Positions 25,236 through 35,593 are shown, counted from the first letter of the stretch. The stretch: DNA of 64,000 nt from Chloroflexota bacterium (GCA_010092885.1 JAADYX010000098.1:2051-66050), one strand, 5' to 3'. Notes: generated by a model not told the origin, from the letters alone. Translations and numbers: made by a program.

Positions 25236-26804
25236 TCACTCTATGTAACCCAGACCGCGCAGGCGCTCCAGCAGCTCTGGGTTATCGCTATAATCGATTT
25301 GCTCACCGGCCAGAATACCATCGCGCTGGCTTTCCAACCGGTGGGCGACCTCTTCCAACGTCTGTTCCATGCGGATGATGTCGTTCTCATACCCGATTGG
25401 GTTGTCCAGCAGGTTGTTGGTCTCTCCCGGGTCGGCCTTGATGTCAAAGAACTCATCCGACTGCCCGCCGACCATGTGCAGTTTGTGATCCCCCTCAACA
25501 AGGGTGCGGCGCAGCTTGCGGACGCGGAAGTACTCTATCGCTTCCGGATTATTCATCTCCATCACGTTGACGAAGTTCATCACCGGGAACGCTTCAGAGA
25601 GAACCACTTCGTCCTCCGGGGAGTCGTCATGCCCATTGAGCACATTATGGAGGCTCAACTCACCTGCCGTATGGCCATACGCTTGATGCTCGATACCGGC
25701 TGCATGTAACATGGTGTGGAACACCCGCCGTGCTGAGACATTTTGGCTGATGCGACGCCCACCCGGGAAGCTTTCAGGATGCCGGACGAGCATCGGGACC
25801 TGCGCCACCTCATTGTAGTTCACAAACGCATGGCCCATGAATTCATGCTCACCGTGGCTCTCACCATGATCCGCGACCACGACAATCATCGTATTGTCAT
25901 ACTGCCCGATGCGCTTGAGCGCACGGAACAGCCGTCGCAGCTGGCGATCCTGGTAGGCGATTTCGGCATCATACGTGTCACGCAGGACCTTTTCCTGCTT
26001 GTCACTGAATGGCTCGATCATAGGAGCTACCCACCGGTAGCTTTCCACGTTGAACTTTGCCAGGAAGTCGCGCGCTTCTTTGTCCTTGCGCAGGTACGGC
26101 ACCCACTTTTCTGAGATGCTGCGCGGCGGATAGTAAGGCAGGTGAGTCTCCATCATGTTGATGAACATGAAGAAGGGCCGCTCTTCCCCTGATGTGCTAT
26201 AGTGCCGGATGTAGTCGGCAATATCCTGGAGAGACCGCTTTGTATCCCCCTTGAAGCGGCCCAAACGTGTCCAGATCGGCACAAACCACGGCATCATTGC
26301 CAGCTTGAGCACCAGGGGATTGTCGCTGACGGCGCGCTCGACCGGGCCGGAGATCTTCTGCAGGAACTGCGTTATCTCCCGGCGTGCTTCCCGGATGGGC
26401 TCCGCGTCACCGATATCCGGAATATCCGGGAAGGTGCCGCTGTAGTTGTAGAATTTTTCAAAGCCGCGCTTCAATCCGTTGTCCAGCACACTGACCAGCG
26501 GATTGTTGCAGAAGCCGACCGTGTGATAGTCGTTCTGTGCGAGCAGTTCGGCCAACGTCGGTATTTCGTCTGGCAGAGTAGCATACGATTGGGTTGTCTG
26601 GTGTACGGTTGGATACAGGCCGGTAAACATCGAGGCGTGCGAGGGAACTGTCCATGGAGCGGGGGCAAAGGCCCGCTCAAAGACGGTAGCATCCTCAGCG
26701 AATTCGCCGAGTACTGGGGTAGTTTCCTTTTGATACCCGTAAACAGACATGCGTTCGGCTCGCATAGTGTCGAGCACCAGCATGATGATATTTGGCTTTG
26801 TCAT
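25236..26804 (-). CDS. Sulfatase-family (alkaline-phosphatase superfamily) hydrolase/transferase, cytoplasmic, with a non-canonical nucleophile motif
   Basis: 522 aa with no signal peptide. NIIMLVLDTMRAE...APAPWTVPSHASMFTG aligns to the sulfatase CxPxR region as TxPxH. ADHGESHGEH is also present. Confidence 0.8.
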   Translation of the reverse strand: MTKPNIIMLVLDTMRAERMSVYGYQKETTPVLGEFAEDATVFERAFAPAPWTVPSHASMFTGLYPTVHQTTQSYATLPDEIPTLAELLAQNDYHTVGFCNNPLVSVLDNGLKRGFEKFYNYSGTFPDIPDIGDAEPIREARREITQFLQKISGPVERAVSDNPLVLKLAMMPWFVPIWTRLGRFKGDTKRSLQDIADYIRHYSTSGEERPFFMFINMMETHLPYYPPRSISEKWVPYLRKDKEARDFLAKFNVESYRWVAPMIEPFSDKQEKVLRDTYDAEIAYQDRQLRRLFRALKRIGQYDNTMIVVVADHGESHGEHEFMGHAFVNYNEVAQVPMLVRHPESFPGGRRISQNVSARRVFHTMLHAAGIEHQAYGHTAGELSLHNVLNGHDDSPEDEVVLSEAFPVMNFVNVMEMNNPEAIEYFRVRKLRRTLVEGDHKLHMVGGQSDEFFDIKADPGETNNLLDNPIGYENDIIRMEQTLEEVAHRLESQRDGILAGEQIDYSDNPELLERLRGLGYIE

Positions 26805-26862
26805 GATGAATCGCCTCCAACGATGAGCCTCTGGTCATTTTAGCGCAGTGATTCGCGTTTGC

Positions 26863-28050
26863 CTAAAGGGTTTCCCGCGCGGCAGCCAATGCCTTATGGC
26901 AGAGCGCTGGCTGGGCATCGATGCCACCGCCCTGTGCAAAATCCGGGCGACCGCCGCCGCGACCGCTCAACACATCGAGTGCTGCCTGCAGAGCCGGACG
27001 CATATCGTGGCTGAGACCTGCTCCGCGTGCTGCTGTAACGGCTGTCCGGCTTGCCAACAGTACGATCACATCGTCGTGTGTGGTTAGGGCGCTGGCCAGT
27101 GCCCTCAGGTCGCCGCCATCGTGATCGGGCAGTACACCGATCACCAGCCGCGCCGCGCCGAATGTCTCCGCTTCAGCCAGCATGCGCGCTGCCTCAACCT
27201 CAACCAGGTCGGCCCGGGCTGCTTTGAGGGCCTTGTGTACAGCCTCTAGATCGTCACGCAGACGAGCCACTATGGCCGGAACATCTTCTACCGCACAGGT
27301 TAACTCAAGAGCAAGTGCGGTCAACAGAGTGTGCTTGTGCCGGTAGTCGTTGAGGGCTGCTCCACCGCACCGGAATTCAACGCGTGTGGTGTCACCACGC
27401 CGCTCTGTTTTCAGAATCTTCAACAGCCCGATCTGTCCTGTCCGCGTGACGTGTGTGCCGCCGCAGGCCGTCCGGTCGAAGTCAGCTACCTCGATCACGC
27501 GCAGTCCGCCTGTCAGCAGCCTGTCCGGCATACGCCGCATCCGGATATCCTCCGCCTCCTGTGGGTCGATGATTGAGGCGGTAACAGGCCGATCCTCGAC
27601 AATAATACGATTGACCAGATCCTCGACCTCTGCCAGCATCGCGTCAGGCATGTCCGCCACATCCAGGTCAATCGTGATGCTTTCTGTACCCAGATGGAAG
27701 CCTACCGTGTGGGCCTTTGCCAGTTGGACGAATGCCTGAGTCAGGATATGCTGCCCGGTGTGGTGCTGCATATGATGAAACCGCCGGTCCCAATCCACTC
27801 TCCCCCGGACAGTCTCAGCGTGCAGCGCGGTCTCAAGAACGTGAAGCACGCTGCCATCCTCGCGGCTCTGAACATCGACAATGCGCACATCGTTGAGGGT
27901 ACCAGTGTCATGCGGCTGCCCGCCCCCGGTCGGATAAAATGCCGTCCGGTCAAGTACCACAGCGGGCTGCCCATCGTCAAGCATCAGATGCTCACGCACA
28001 TGGGCGTCGAACTCGATCAGCGTGGGGTTGTCGTAATAGAGTCGTGTCAT
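26863..28050 (-). CDS. alaX: Alanyl-tRNA editing protein AlaX-L (AlaRS second-additional domain plus a DHHA1-like domain)
   Basis: 395 aa. Motifs: HHMQHHTGQHILTQAF and ACGGTHV. Confidence 0.85.
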   Translation of the reverse strand: MTRLYYDNPTLIEFDAHVREHLMLDDGQPAVVLDRTAFYPTGGGQPHDTGTLNDVRIVDVQSREDGSVLHVLETALHAETVRGRVDWDRRFHHMQHHTGQHILTQAFVQLAKAHTVGFHLGTESITIDLDVADMPDAMLAEVEDLVNRIIVEDRPVTASIIDPQEAEDIRMRRMPDRLLTGGLRVIEVADFDRTACGGTHVTRTGQIGLLKILKTERRGDTTRVEFRCGGAALNDYRHKHTLLTALALELTCAVEDVPAIVARLRDDLEAVHKALKAARADLVEVEAARMLAEAETFGAARLVIGVLPDHDGGDLRALASALTTHDDVIVLLASRTAVTAARGAGLSHDMRPALQAALDVLSGRGGGRPDFAQGGGIDAQPALCHKALAAARETL

Positions 28051-28979
28051 GGTGAACAGGGAGAAAGGTCACTCCAGGCTGCTGTATAGAAATCGAGGTA
28101 ATCATCTACGTGCGCGGACCAATACGCCTCGTCATGGCCACCCTCTGGATAAACGATGAAAGTCGGCTCAATGTTCCGAGTGGTGACCAATCGCTCGTTG
28201 AATGCATCAACGCGGTCAGGTACCAGAGTATCCGCTGCGCCGTAGTCCAAATACATTATCAGTTCCTCAATGCCCTGCGCTGTAGGAATAAGATCATAGG
28301 GATTGGCCTGCGGGTAGTCTCCCGCGTAGAAAAATCCGCTGTGCCCCCCCACGCGCTCGAACACCTCCGGATACAAGAACGCAATCGCGTATGCCCAATA
28401 CCCACCCCGTGACAGACCACCTACGGCGCGTTGGCCAGATGTACAGTAGTCGGCTTCAATGCGCGGGATCAGTTCTTCAACCACCACGCGTGGATAGGGT
28501 CCGTCATCCCGATCATGACCGGCATCCCAACCGTTGGGCATCACAATGATCAGGGGTACATGCTCACCGGAAAGGTAGCCATTGGTTGCTGCTTCATCCA
28601 GCCCCAATCGATCCCACATATCATCGTTCATTGCGCCAACTTGATCCATACCGTGGAACATATAGAGCGTCGGATAGCGTAGGTTGGCCGTTTCATAGCA
28701 GGGTGGCAAATACACCCGATAGCGCAGCGGTTCGCCCGTGATCGCACTATCAACGCTTTCCATCTCGATACGTCCGGCCGGCTCATCGCACTGAAAGGCC
28801 GTGGGCTCGGGAGCTGCCGTTGGCACCACTGTGGCAGTTGGTGCCACAGTCGGTTGGCGGGTGGCCTCCGGCAGTGCCGTCGGTGTGACTATAGGTGGCG
28901 GCGGGCTGGCAGACGCGCAGCCCATAAGCGACACCACCATCACAAGCAGGGAGAAGCTTTGCTTCATAACGGGAGCCAT
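28047..28979 (-). CDS. Secreted lipoprotein esterase (alpha/beta hydrolase, putative-esterase/CE1-like family)
   Basis: 310 aa. The signal and lipobox read LLVMVVSLMGC, followed by a Pro/Thr/Ala tether and the nucleophile elbow GGLSRGG. An alternative start lies at 28967. There is an ATGA overlap with alaX. Confidence 0.75.
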   Translation of the reverse strand: MAPVMKQSFSLLVMVVSLMGCASASPPPPIVTPTALPEATRQPTVAPTATVVPTAAPEPTAFQCDEPAGRIEMESVDSAITGEPLRYRVYLPPCYETANLRYPTLYMFHGMDQVGAMNDDMWDRLGLDEAATNGYLSGEHVPLIIVMPNGWDAGHDRDDGPYPRVVVEELIPRIEADYCTSGQRAVGGLSRGGYWAYAIAFLYPEVFERVGGHSGFFYAGDYPQANPYDLIPTAQGIEELIMYLDYGAADTLVPDRVDAFNERLVTTRNIEPTFIVYPEGGHDEAYWSAHVDDYLDFYTAAWSDLSPCSP

Positions 28980-29004
28980 TATAGAACCGGCTCCCGTCCG
29001 GCTG

Positions 29005-29349
29005 CTAACACTGCCGTATCTTCGAGCTCATCCGGGTGTCGGCCAGATCGTCACGCACACAGATCGAGTTCTCGCCACGGTCCTGCAGGTGAGCTGCTGC
29101 TGCAATAGCGTGGCTGGCGACCGGTGCTGTTACAAAGAGAAATCCGGCCAGCGCGATCATTTTCAACGCGGTGCCGGGCAGCAGCAGTGCTGCCCCGATC
29201 AGCAGGCCGATCATACCCAACGGCGCCACTTTGCCCGCTGCATGCAGGCGCGTAAATACATCCGGCAGCCGGATCAGCCCCAGTACACCAACGAAAGAGA
29301 AGAGCACGCCGCTCCAAAGAAAGAATAGGCCAAGGATATCGCGGATCAT
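29005..29349 (-). CDS. mrpG: Na+/H+ antiporter Mrp subunit G
   Basis: Small 3-TM protein at the last position of the mrp operon. The ATG at 29349 overlaps the mrpF stop (TGATG). The track ORF starts at the TTG at 29352. Confidence 0.8.
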   Translation of the reverse strand: MIRDILGLFFLWSGVLFSFVGVLGLIRLPDVFTRLHAAGKVAPLGMIGLLIGAALLLPGTALKMIALAGFLFVTAPVASHAIAAAAHLQDRGENSICVRDDLADTRMSSKIRQC

Positions 29350-29627
29350 CAAAATACCTTCCCTTCAGCAATGAAGCGGGAGATCGCCAGCGTGCCGATG
29401 AACGCAAACGCTGCCAGCGCAATGCCGATATCAACGAACAATGGTGTCCGTTCAATAACTGCCACCAGCACGATCATGCCTGTCAGCAGCGTGGTGACCA
29501 GGTCAATAGCCTGCAGCCGGTCTGCCGGTCGAGGGCCAGCCCATACGCGATAGGTACACGGAATGATCAAGACGACCATGACCACCAGCGCAAGCGTGGT
29601 GCCTACAGTTACGATTGTGTCAGTCAT
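29349..29627 (-). CDS. mrpF: Na+/H+ antiporter Mrp subunit F
   Basis: 92 aa, 3 TM, called on its position in the operon. Confidence 0.8.
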   Translation of the reverse strand: MTDTIVTVGTTLALVVMVVLIIPCTYRVWAGPRPADRLQAIDLVTTLLTGMIVLVAVIERTPLFVDIGIALAAFAFIGTLAISRFIAEGKVF

Positions 29628-30117
29628 CGCGGCCTACCATCCTTTTGATTCGTTTGAGTCGAACGGTCTGGGCCTCATCCAGATACGGAAGGGCATCGTC
29701 AATGTTGAGCACATGTACATACATCAGATCCTGGCCATCAAAGTCCACAACCAGTTCCCCCGGCGTGATGGTGATGCCATGGGCGGTCATGGCGGCTACC
29801 ACAGCATCGTCGGCATCATCCTGCGTACTGATCGCGATGATAGCAGGCTTAAGGCCCATATCCGGTGAGAGTACGCGCCGGGCCACATCCAGGGTGGAGA
29901 GCACAATATCACGAAACAGCACCAGCAGATAGATCACCACACCAATGATCTGGTCGGGCAGTCGGGTGGGCCGGATACGGACATTAGGTTGGACCAGCAG
30001 CAGGGCGATCATTCCGATCACCAAACCCAGTCCAAACGAGATCGGCTGCGGGTAGCCAGTCAGCAGCACCCATAGAACCGCCATTGGGATAGAAAGGAAG
30101 AGGTAAGTCAAGATCAT
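29620..30117 (-). CDS. mrpE: Na+/H+ antiporter Mrp subunit E
   Basis: I trimmed to the ATG at 30117 (MILTYLFLSIP), 4 nt after the mrpD stop. The size (about 165 aa) and position fit MrpE. Confidence 0.75.
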   Translation of the reverse strand: MILTYLFLSIPMAVLWVLLTGYPQPISFGLGLVIGMIALLLVQPNVRIRPTRLPDQIIGVVIYLLVLFRDIVLSTLDVARRVLSPDMGLKPAIIAISTQDDADDAVVAAMTAHGITITPGELVVDFDGQDLMYVHVLNIDDALPYLDEAQTVRLKRIKRMVGRDD

Positions 30118-30121
30118 GTCG

Positions 30122-31624
30122 TCAGCCTCCCAGTACCGCAGCAATGTAGATTTCGGGTTCGGCCAGCTGGCTGACCGCGGCAGTAGAGACATCTACCAGC
30201 GGACCGGCGAACAGCCCCAGAATCACACATAACCCGATCAGCAGCAGCGGCGCCAGCGTTGAGTCGCCGTACGGCTTCAGATCAGGTTTCCCATCCGGTT
30301 TCTTCTGGAAGACCAGCTGCCATGTTCGCATCATGTAGATCAAGGTGATGATCCCGCCCCCGACCGCTAACCCGAGAGCGAGCCAACCCTGCGCATCGAT
30401 ACCGCCTTGCACAATCGCCAGCTTGCTGATGAAGCCGTTCAACGGCGGGATGCCTGCCAGTGCCAGGCCGCCAAGCATGTAGAGGGCGCCAGTCAGCCGC
30501 ATGTTGTGGCCAACCCCTCCGATCTCGGAGAGGCGAGCGGTCTTCGTCTTTGTCCGGCTTGAGACGACCCCTGTCAGCATCAGCAGGCTGGATTTCACGA
30601 ACGAGTGGTTGACCGCGTAGATGATCGCTGCGGCCAGCGCCAGCGGCTGCGTGAGCGGATCGCCCCAACCGATGGCTACCAGAATGAACCCAATCTGCCC
30701 AAATGTGGAGTAGGCCAGCATGCGCTTCGCATCGTAGGTTCGCAGTGCACCCAGGCTGCCGAAGAAGATGCCGATAATCCCCAGCACCAACACCACCGAC
30801 TTGATCGCGTCTGCTTCTACGGTGAACATCAATGTTGTCATTCGGATGATGCCGTACACACCGACCTTCACCACGACGGAGGAGAGGACTGCGTGTACGG
30901 GAGTCGGTGCGGTCGTATGGAAATCCGGCTGCCAGAAGTGGAACGGGAAGACCGCACTCTTCAGCAAAAAGGCTGACATCAGCATGGCGGCTGAAGCCTG
31001 GGCCAGCAGCGGGCGCTGCTCAGTTGCCAGCAGCTGGCCGATCTGTGCCATGTTCAGTGTGCCGAATGTCGCGTATAGGGAAGCAATACCCAGCAGCAAA
31101 AAGAGGGTGCCCATCGCGCTGATCAGCAGATACTTGATTGCCGCCTCCAAACCGAGGCTGTTGTCCGAGATAGCCACCAAACACACGGACGAAATAACCA
31201 TCAACTCCAGGAAGACGAACAATGTGAAGAAGTCGCCTGTATAGAGTGAACCGCTCATACCAGCGCCCATGCTCAAAAACAATTCCATAAAGGATGGATA
31301 GGTCACTGAGTTGTCTTTGCAGCCAACTGCGTACAACAGTCCGCCTGTTACAACAGTAGTCGCCATGACGACAAACAGCGCGGAGAGCATATCGGCTACC
31401 AGCACGATTCCGAACGGAGGCCGCCAACCGCCCATCACGTAGATCTGCGGGGTCGCAGTCTGTATGTTCGTCGCCAGGACAGCCAGACCGCACAGCCATG
31501 CCACGATCCCTGCTACCAGTGCGATGTAGCGCTGCACAGTGTTGTTCTTCCGGAAGACAAGGGTCAGCACCGCCCCGATGAGCGGAGCAAAAACAGGCCC
31601 CAGTACAAAGATGTTGCTCTGCAT
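30122..31624 (-). CDS. mrpD: Na+/H+ antiporter Mrp subunit D (NuoN/NuoM-like)
   Basis: 500 aa, polytopic, complex-I antiporter-like subunit pattern (FHFWQPD, AYSTFGQIGF). Confidence 0.9.
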   Translation of the reverse strand: MQSNIFVLGPVFAPLIGAVLTLVFRKNNTVQRYIALVAGIVAWLCGLAVLATNIQTATPQIYVMGGWRPPFGIVLVADMLSALFVVMATTVVTGGLLYAVGCKDNSVTYPSFMELFLSMGAGMSGSLYTGDFFTLFVFLELMVISSVCLVAISDNSLGLEAAIKYLLISAMGTLFLLLGIASLYATFGTLNMAQIGQLLATEQRPLLAQASAAMLMSAFLLKSAVFPFHFWQPDFHTTAPTPVHAVLSSVVVKVGVYGIIRMTTLMFTVEADAIKSVVLVLGIIGIFFGSLGALRTYDAKRMLAYSTFGQIGFILVAIGWGDPLTQPLALAAAIIYAVNHSFVKSSLLMLTGVVSSRTKTKTARLSEIGGVGHNMRLTGALYMLGGLALAGIPPLNGFISKLAIVQGGIDAQGWLALGLAVGGGIITLIYMMRTWQLVFQKKPDGKPDLKPYGDSTLAPLLLIGLCVILGLFAGPLVDVSTAAVSQLAEPEIYIAAVLGG

Positions 31625-31634
31625 CGTTTCCGCC

Positions 31635-31988
31635 TTATTGGGTCAATTGGTCAACATTGTCAGAGTCGACCGTTTCATAGCGTTTGGAGGAAATATTGAT
31701 CAACGAGAGGAACAGCGCATAAGACGCAAAACTGATCACAATCGCGGTCAGGATGAGCGCCTGCACTAACGGATCGGCGATCTGGCCATCGCGAATCGGT
31801 TGGTTAGTTGCCGGGTCAATATAGGCGGGCACTTCTGGTGTGAAGGCGCCAACCGCCAGAAAGAAGAGGTTGATCGCCGTGAAGAGGATGAAGAACCCCA
31901 TCGCGGACTTGATCAGGTCGCGGCGCAGCAGTTGGAACACGCCCAGACCGAACATGATGCCTGTTGTGATTGCGAATAAGAGGTTCAT
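31635..31988 (-). CDS. mrpC: Na+/H+ antiporter Mrp subunit C (NuoK-like)
   Basis: 117 aa, 3 TM. There is an ATGA overlap with mrpA. Confidence 0.85.
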   Translation of the reverse strand: MNLLFAITTGIMFGLGVFQLLRRDLIKSAMGFFILFTAINLFFLAVGAFTPEVPAYIDPATNQPIRDGQIADPLVQALILTAIVISFASYALFLSLINISSKRYETVDSDNVDQLTQ

Positions 31989-34822
31989 TTCGTGACCATC
32001 TCCTCTACCATGTTGGCAGCCTCGTCGGATACCGAGGCCTCTGTTTGCAGGTCGGAACTCATCTCATCGGGGTGCGCAATTGCCTCCATGATCAAACTGA
32101 CACCTCCGAATACCGTCAAGAAGATTGAAAACTCGAATATCAGGGTGGAGGCGATGTGCAGCCCTACCGGAGCCTCAATGCCCGCGGGCTTCTGTATGGC
32201 GAAGAAGGCATCGCCTATGAACAGGGGGAACAACGCATTGGCGAAGGCCAAGGCGAGTCCGGCTGTGATCAGCCAACCGGGCTTGATCCACCATAGTCGT
32301 TCGCGTGCCTCGCCATATCCGTAAACGACAAACCACACGGCCACGCCCAGCCCGCTGATCACGCCCGCTGTGAAGCCATCGCCCGGTGCGCTCCCGCCAT
32401 ATAACACATGGGTGATGCTAATGAGCAGCGCAAAGGGCAGAATGAGCACAGCAACCGCCCGGGTAAACGGCGAGGCAATGCCCGGTACTTGAAGCAGCAG
32501 CCCGCGCACATAGATCGGGTTGTATTGCGGACGGCCCCTCCCTGCCGAAAGCAGGGTGATCACACCCAGAGCGCCCATTGCGAAAACCACAATCTCGATC
32601 AGCGTGTCGGTCCCCCGGAAGTCTGCAATGATGGATGAGACGACATCGGTTACCCCGGTGAGCGGATACGCGTTGACGATGTGCCAGGTGGCAATGGTGT
32701 CAAAGCGCGGGCGGTTGGTCACTGAGGCCAGAGCGAAGAGCATCACGACGAAACCCAACGCCACCGAAATCGCTCCATCGCGCACCAATCCGATCCGTCG
32801 CTGCTCGAAGTTGACGCGCATCGCCTGCTCGCGGTGGCTGGTATTGATACGCCCGATCATCAGGATGATAAGCACAGTCGCCAGCGTTTCAATTAGAAAT
32901 TGAACCAGGGCCACGTCAGGGGCCTGTTCCAACAGGAAGATCCCGCCAATGCTGTAACCCATCACACCCATAGCCAGCGCTGCCAACAGATGCTCACGAA
33001 AGAGAATGGCGGCAACTGTGGCGCCCACCGCCAACAGCAGGAGCAGCAGCTTGAGAATATCCGTCTGCTCAAATATGATGTTGGCCGGGTCCAGTTGGAT
33101 AGGGTCGATTGCAAGGCCTACCGATCCGCTGGCTGCCATGATGATCACAAAGCTGGCGAGGATCACAACCAGATATAGGCGCACCTTGCCGTTCTGCGTC
33201 TTAAGCAGTTGGTCAGCCGACCATTCTACGGAGCCCACGATGGCCTGGTAAACCTCTTCGCCCGTTGGGATCCGGGGCAGCTGCGCTCTGATGATCGGCC
33301 AGCGCACCAGGAAGATCAACACACCTACCACGATAGCCAGTGTACTGAGCGCAAAGGGTAGATTGAAACCAGGGAACAGATAGAGCTCGAACTCCTTGGG
33401 CACCGCTGGTGTGATCAACGGTATGATGGTCCACGGCAGCAGCAGACCCAACACCGAGCCGGCCCCGGCGAGCAGCCCCGGCCCGACCAGCAGCCCGTTC
33501 CCCGGGTCATGATAGTGGATTTCCTCTTCAGGTTCTCGAATGAAGACATCCCAGAAGACGATCATGGCGACGGCTACGGTCAACGCTTTGCTGACCACGA
33601 TGACCACCAATGCTAATGGATCGCCGAGAAAGGCATCCAGCAGAGTTTCTTTAGCCACAAATCCCAACCATGGGATCATGCCTGTCATTGAGAGTGCTGC
33701 CAACCCTGTTATCACCGCCAGACCGGGCATCTGCCTGCGCAGACCGCCCAGATTGTCAATGATGCGGGTGCCCGTTGCGTGGTCAACAACGCCCGCAATG
33801 AGGAACATGGGGGCTTTGTAGAGCGCATGGGCCAGGATGGACACCATCGCGGCTTTCAGACCATTGCTCTCTGGCAGCCCAATCAGAGCGACCATGACAC
33901 CCAGCTGGCCAATAGTCGTAAAGGCGAGCAAAGCCTTCAGGTCGCGCTTGCGAATTGCCATCAATGAGCTGAATAAGAGTGTCGCCAACCCAACAATAGT
34001 GAGTGTGTTGGTCCACAGCGGCGTATTGCCCAATGTGGGATACAAACGTGCCAATAGATACACACCTGCCTTGACCATGGTGGCTGAGTGCAGGAATGCA
34101 CTGGCGGGTGAGGGGGCAGCCATTGCACCGGGAAGCCAGAAGTGGAACGGATACTGCGCGCTCTTGGTAAATGCCCCCAACATGATCAGGATGGTCATAC
34201 CGGTATACCACGGGTGGTCGGCAAGATTCATGGTGATGAGCGTTTGCAGCTCAAAGCTGCCACCTGCGACGCCCATCAGCACCAGACCGACGATAAGTGC
34301 CAGGCCGCCTGCTCCGGTGACCAACAAGGCCTGCATAGCCCCGTAGCGCGCATCCGGGGACTTGGCACCCTTAAACCCGATCAGGAGAAAAGAGGTGATG
34401 CTCGTCAGTTCCCAGGCGATGAAGAGCGTGATCAGATTGCCGGAGAACACCACACCGAGCATTGCCCCTGTAAAGGCAAACAACAGTGTATAGAACCGGG
34501 TGGTTTCCGCGTTGTCGTCGAAGTAGAAGCCAGTATAGAGCGCGATAGCGGTGCCGATTCCGGTGACCAGCAGTCCAAACAGGAGAGCCAATCCATCCAG
34601 GTAGAATGAGAATGTCAGGCCAAGTGTTGGCACCCATTCCAGAGCAAATTCGACAGCCCCCTGCGCATTGATAACCGGCAGAAAGCTCAGCAGCCAGCCG
34701 AACAGACCTGCCATTAGGCCTGTAGTCAGCACCGTCCAGATGACGCGCGGGAGCCGGCTGCGCAGTGCACCCGCCAACGCAGCAAGGCCGAACGGAAGGG
34801 CAGTAATCACTACAATGGACAT
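31985..34822 (-). CDS. mrpA: Na+/H+ antiporter Mrp subunit A with subunit B fused (NuoL-like)
   Basis: 945 aa. This roughly equals MrpA plus MrpB of Bacillus as I recall their sizes, and no separate mrpB is present. Motifs: FHFWLPGAM and AFTTIGQLG. Confidence 0.9.
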   Translation of the reverse strand: MSIVVITALPFGLAALAGALRSRLPRVIWTVLTTGLMAGLFGWLLSFLPVINAQGAVEFALEWVPTLGLTFSFYLDGLALLFGLLVTGIGTAIALYTGFYFDDNAETTRFYTLLFAFTGAMLGVVFSGNLITLFIAWELTSITSFLLIGFKGAKSPDARYGAMQALLVTGAGGLALIVGLVLMGVAGGSFELQTLITMNLADHPWYTGMTILIMLGAFTKSAQYPFHFWLPGAMAAPSPASAFLHSATMVKAGVYLLARLYPTLGNTPLWTNTLTIVGLATLLFSSLMAIRKRDLKALLAFTTIGQLGVMVALIGLPESNGLKAAMVSILAHALYKAPMFLIAGVVDHATGTRIIDNLGGLRRQMPGLAVITGLAALSMTGMIPWLGFVAKETLLDAFLGDPLALVVIVVSKALTVAVAMIVFWDVFIREPEEEIHYHDPGNGLLVGPGLLAGAGSVLGLLLPWTIIPLITPAVPKEFELYLFPGFNLPFALSTLAIVVGVLIFLVRWPIIRAQLPRIPTGEEVYQAIVGSVEWSADQLLKTQNGKVRLYLVVILASFVIIMAASGSVGLAIDPIQLDPANIIFEQTDILKLLLLLLAVGATVAAILFREHLLAALAMGVMGYSIGGIFLLEQAPDVALVQFLIETLATVLIILMIGRINTSHREQAMRVNFEQRRIGLVRDGAISVALGFVVMLFALASVTNRPRFDTIATWHIVNAYPLTGVTDVVSSIIADFRGTDTLIEIVVFAMGALGVITLLSAGRGRPQYNPIYVRGLLLQVPGIASPFTRAVAVLILPFALLISITHVLYGGSAPGDGFTAGVISGLGVAVWFVVYGYGEARERLWWIKPGWLITAGLALAFANALFPLFIGDAFFAIQKPAGIEAPVGLHIASTLIFEFSIFLTVFGGVSLIMEAIAHPDEMSSDLQTEASVSDEAANMVEEMVTK

Positions 34823-34855
34823 TACCTTCTCCCTGGTATGGTTGTCCTCGTTAGG

Positions 34856-34882
34856 GGCCCGCGGAGCCCAACTCCGCGGGCC
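34856..34882 (-). terminator. Strong GC hairpin between the yugP-like gene and mrpA (terminator or attenuator/processing site)
   Basis: ggcccgcggag-cccaa-ctccgcgggcc is a perfect 11 bp stem. It lies 13 nt after the upstream stop on the minus strand. There is no U-tract. Confidence 0.5.
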
Positions 34883-34894
34883 ATAGCATCGATG

Positions 34895-35593
34895 TCAGTC
34901 ACGCTGTCCCAGCAGCAGGAACGCATAGTACAACAGTGTACTGATCGCCTGGATTGCAGCCGCCACATAGGTGAGAGCTGCGGCGTTCAGCACTCGGTTC
35001 ACCCCTGTCATCTCATCTTGGAACATAAGTCCCTGATTTGTGAGCAGCTGCTTCGCGCGGTTGCTTGCGTCGAATTCGACCGGCAGTGTAACAACGGCGA
35101 AGAGCGCCGTTGCACCGAACAGCCCCAACCCGACCCACGCGATGGTTGTGCCCACGGTACCGCTAAGCAGAAAGCCCACTATGAAAATGATAGGTCCCAG
35201 CCAACTGCCGAACTGGACAGACGGTACCATCGCGGAACGGATTGTCAACGGGAAATAGTTCGATTTGTCCTGCAGAGCATGGCCGGCTTCGTGGGCTGCA
35301 ACACCTGCTGCTGCCACGCTGGCACCATCGTAAACATCGGGGCTCAGCCGCAGCACCTTTTGTATCGGATCGTAGTGATCGCTCAAGAAGCCCTGCACCC
35401 GCTCCACGCGAACGTTGCTCAATCCCTGTGAGTCAAGGATGCTCCGGGCGATCTGTGCACCGGTTAGCCCCCGACTTGTACCCATCTGTGAGAACTTACG
35501 GAACGTCGACCGCACCCGCGACTGGGCCCACAGACCCAGGATCAGCGCGGGCAGAGCAAACAGAAAATACAGAAAGTAGTTGCCTAAAAGCAT
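34895..35593 (-). CDS. Membrane zinc metallopeptidase, YugP-like (Zn_peptidase_2 family)
   Basis: 232 aa. HEAGHALQ sits between TM segments. Confidence 0.8.
   Translation of the reverse strand: MLLGNYFLYFLFALPALILGLWAQSRVRSTFRKFSQMGTSRGLTGAQIARSILDSQGLSNVRVERVQGFLSDHYDPIQKVLRLSPDVYDGASVAAAGVAAHEAGHALQDKSNYFPLTIRSAMVPSVQFGSWLGPIIFIVGFLLSGTVGTTIAWVGLGLFGATALFAVVTLPVEFDASNRAKQLLTNQGLMFQDEMTGVNRVLNAAALTYVAAAIQAISTLLYYAFLLLGQRD

Noticed and set aside
13242-26804. The FGE-like gene and the sulfatase-like gene as a sulfatase-maturation pair
   Set aside because: They are 11 kb apart on opposite strands. The FGE-like protein lacks the catalytic Cys pair. The sulfatase-like protein lacks the CxPxR target motif and has no signal peptide, whereas the FGE-like protein is exported.
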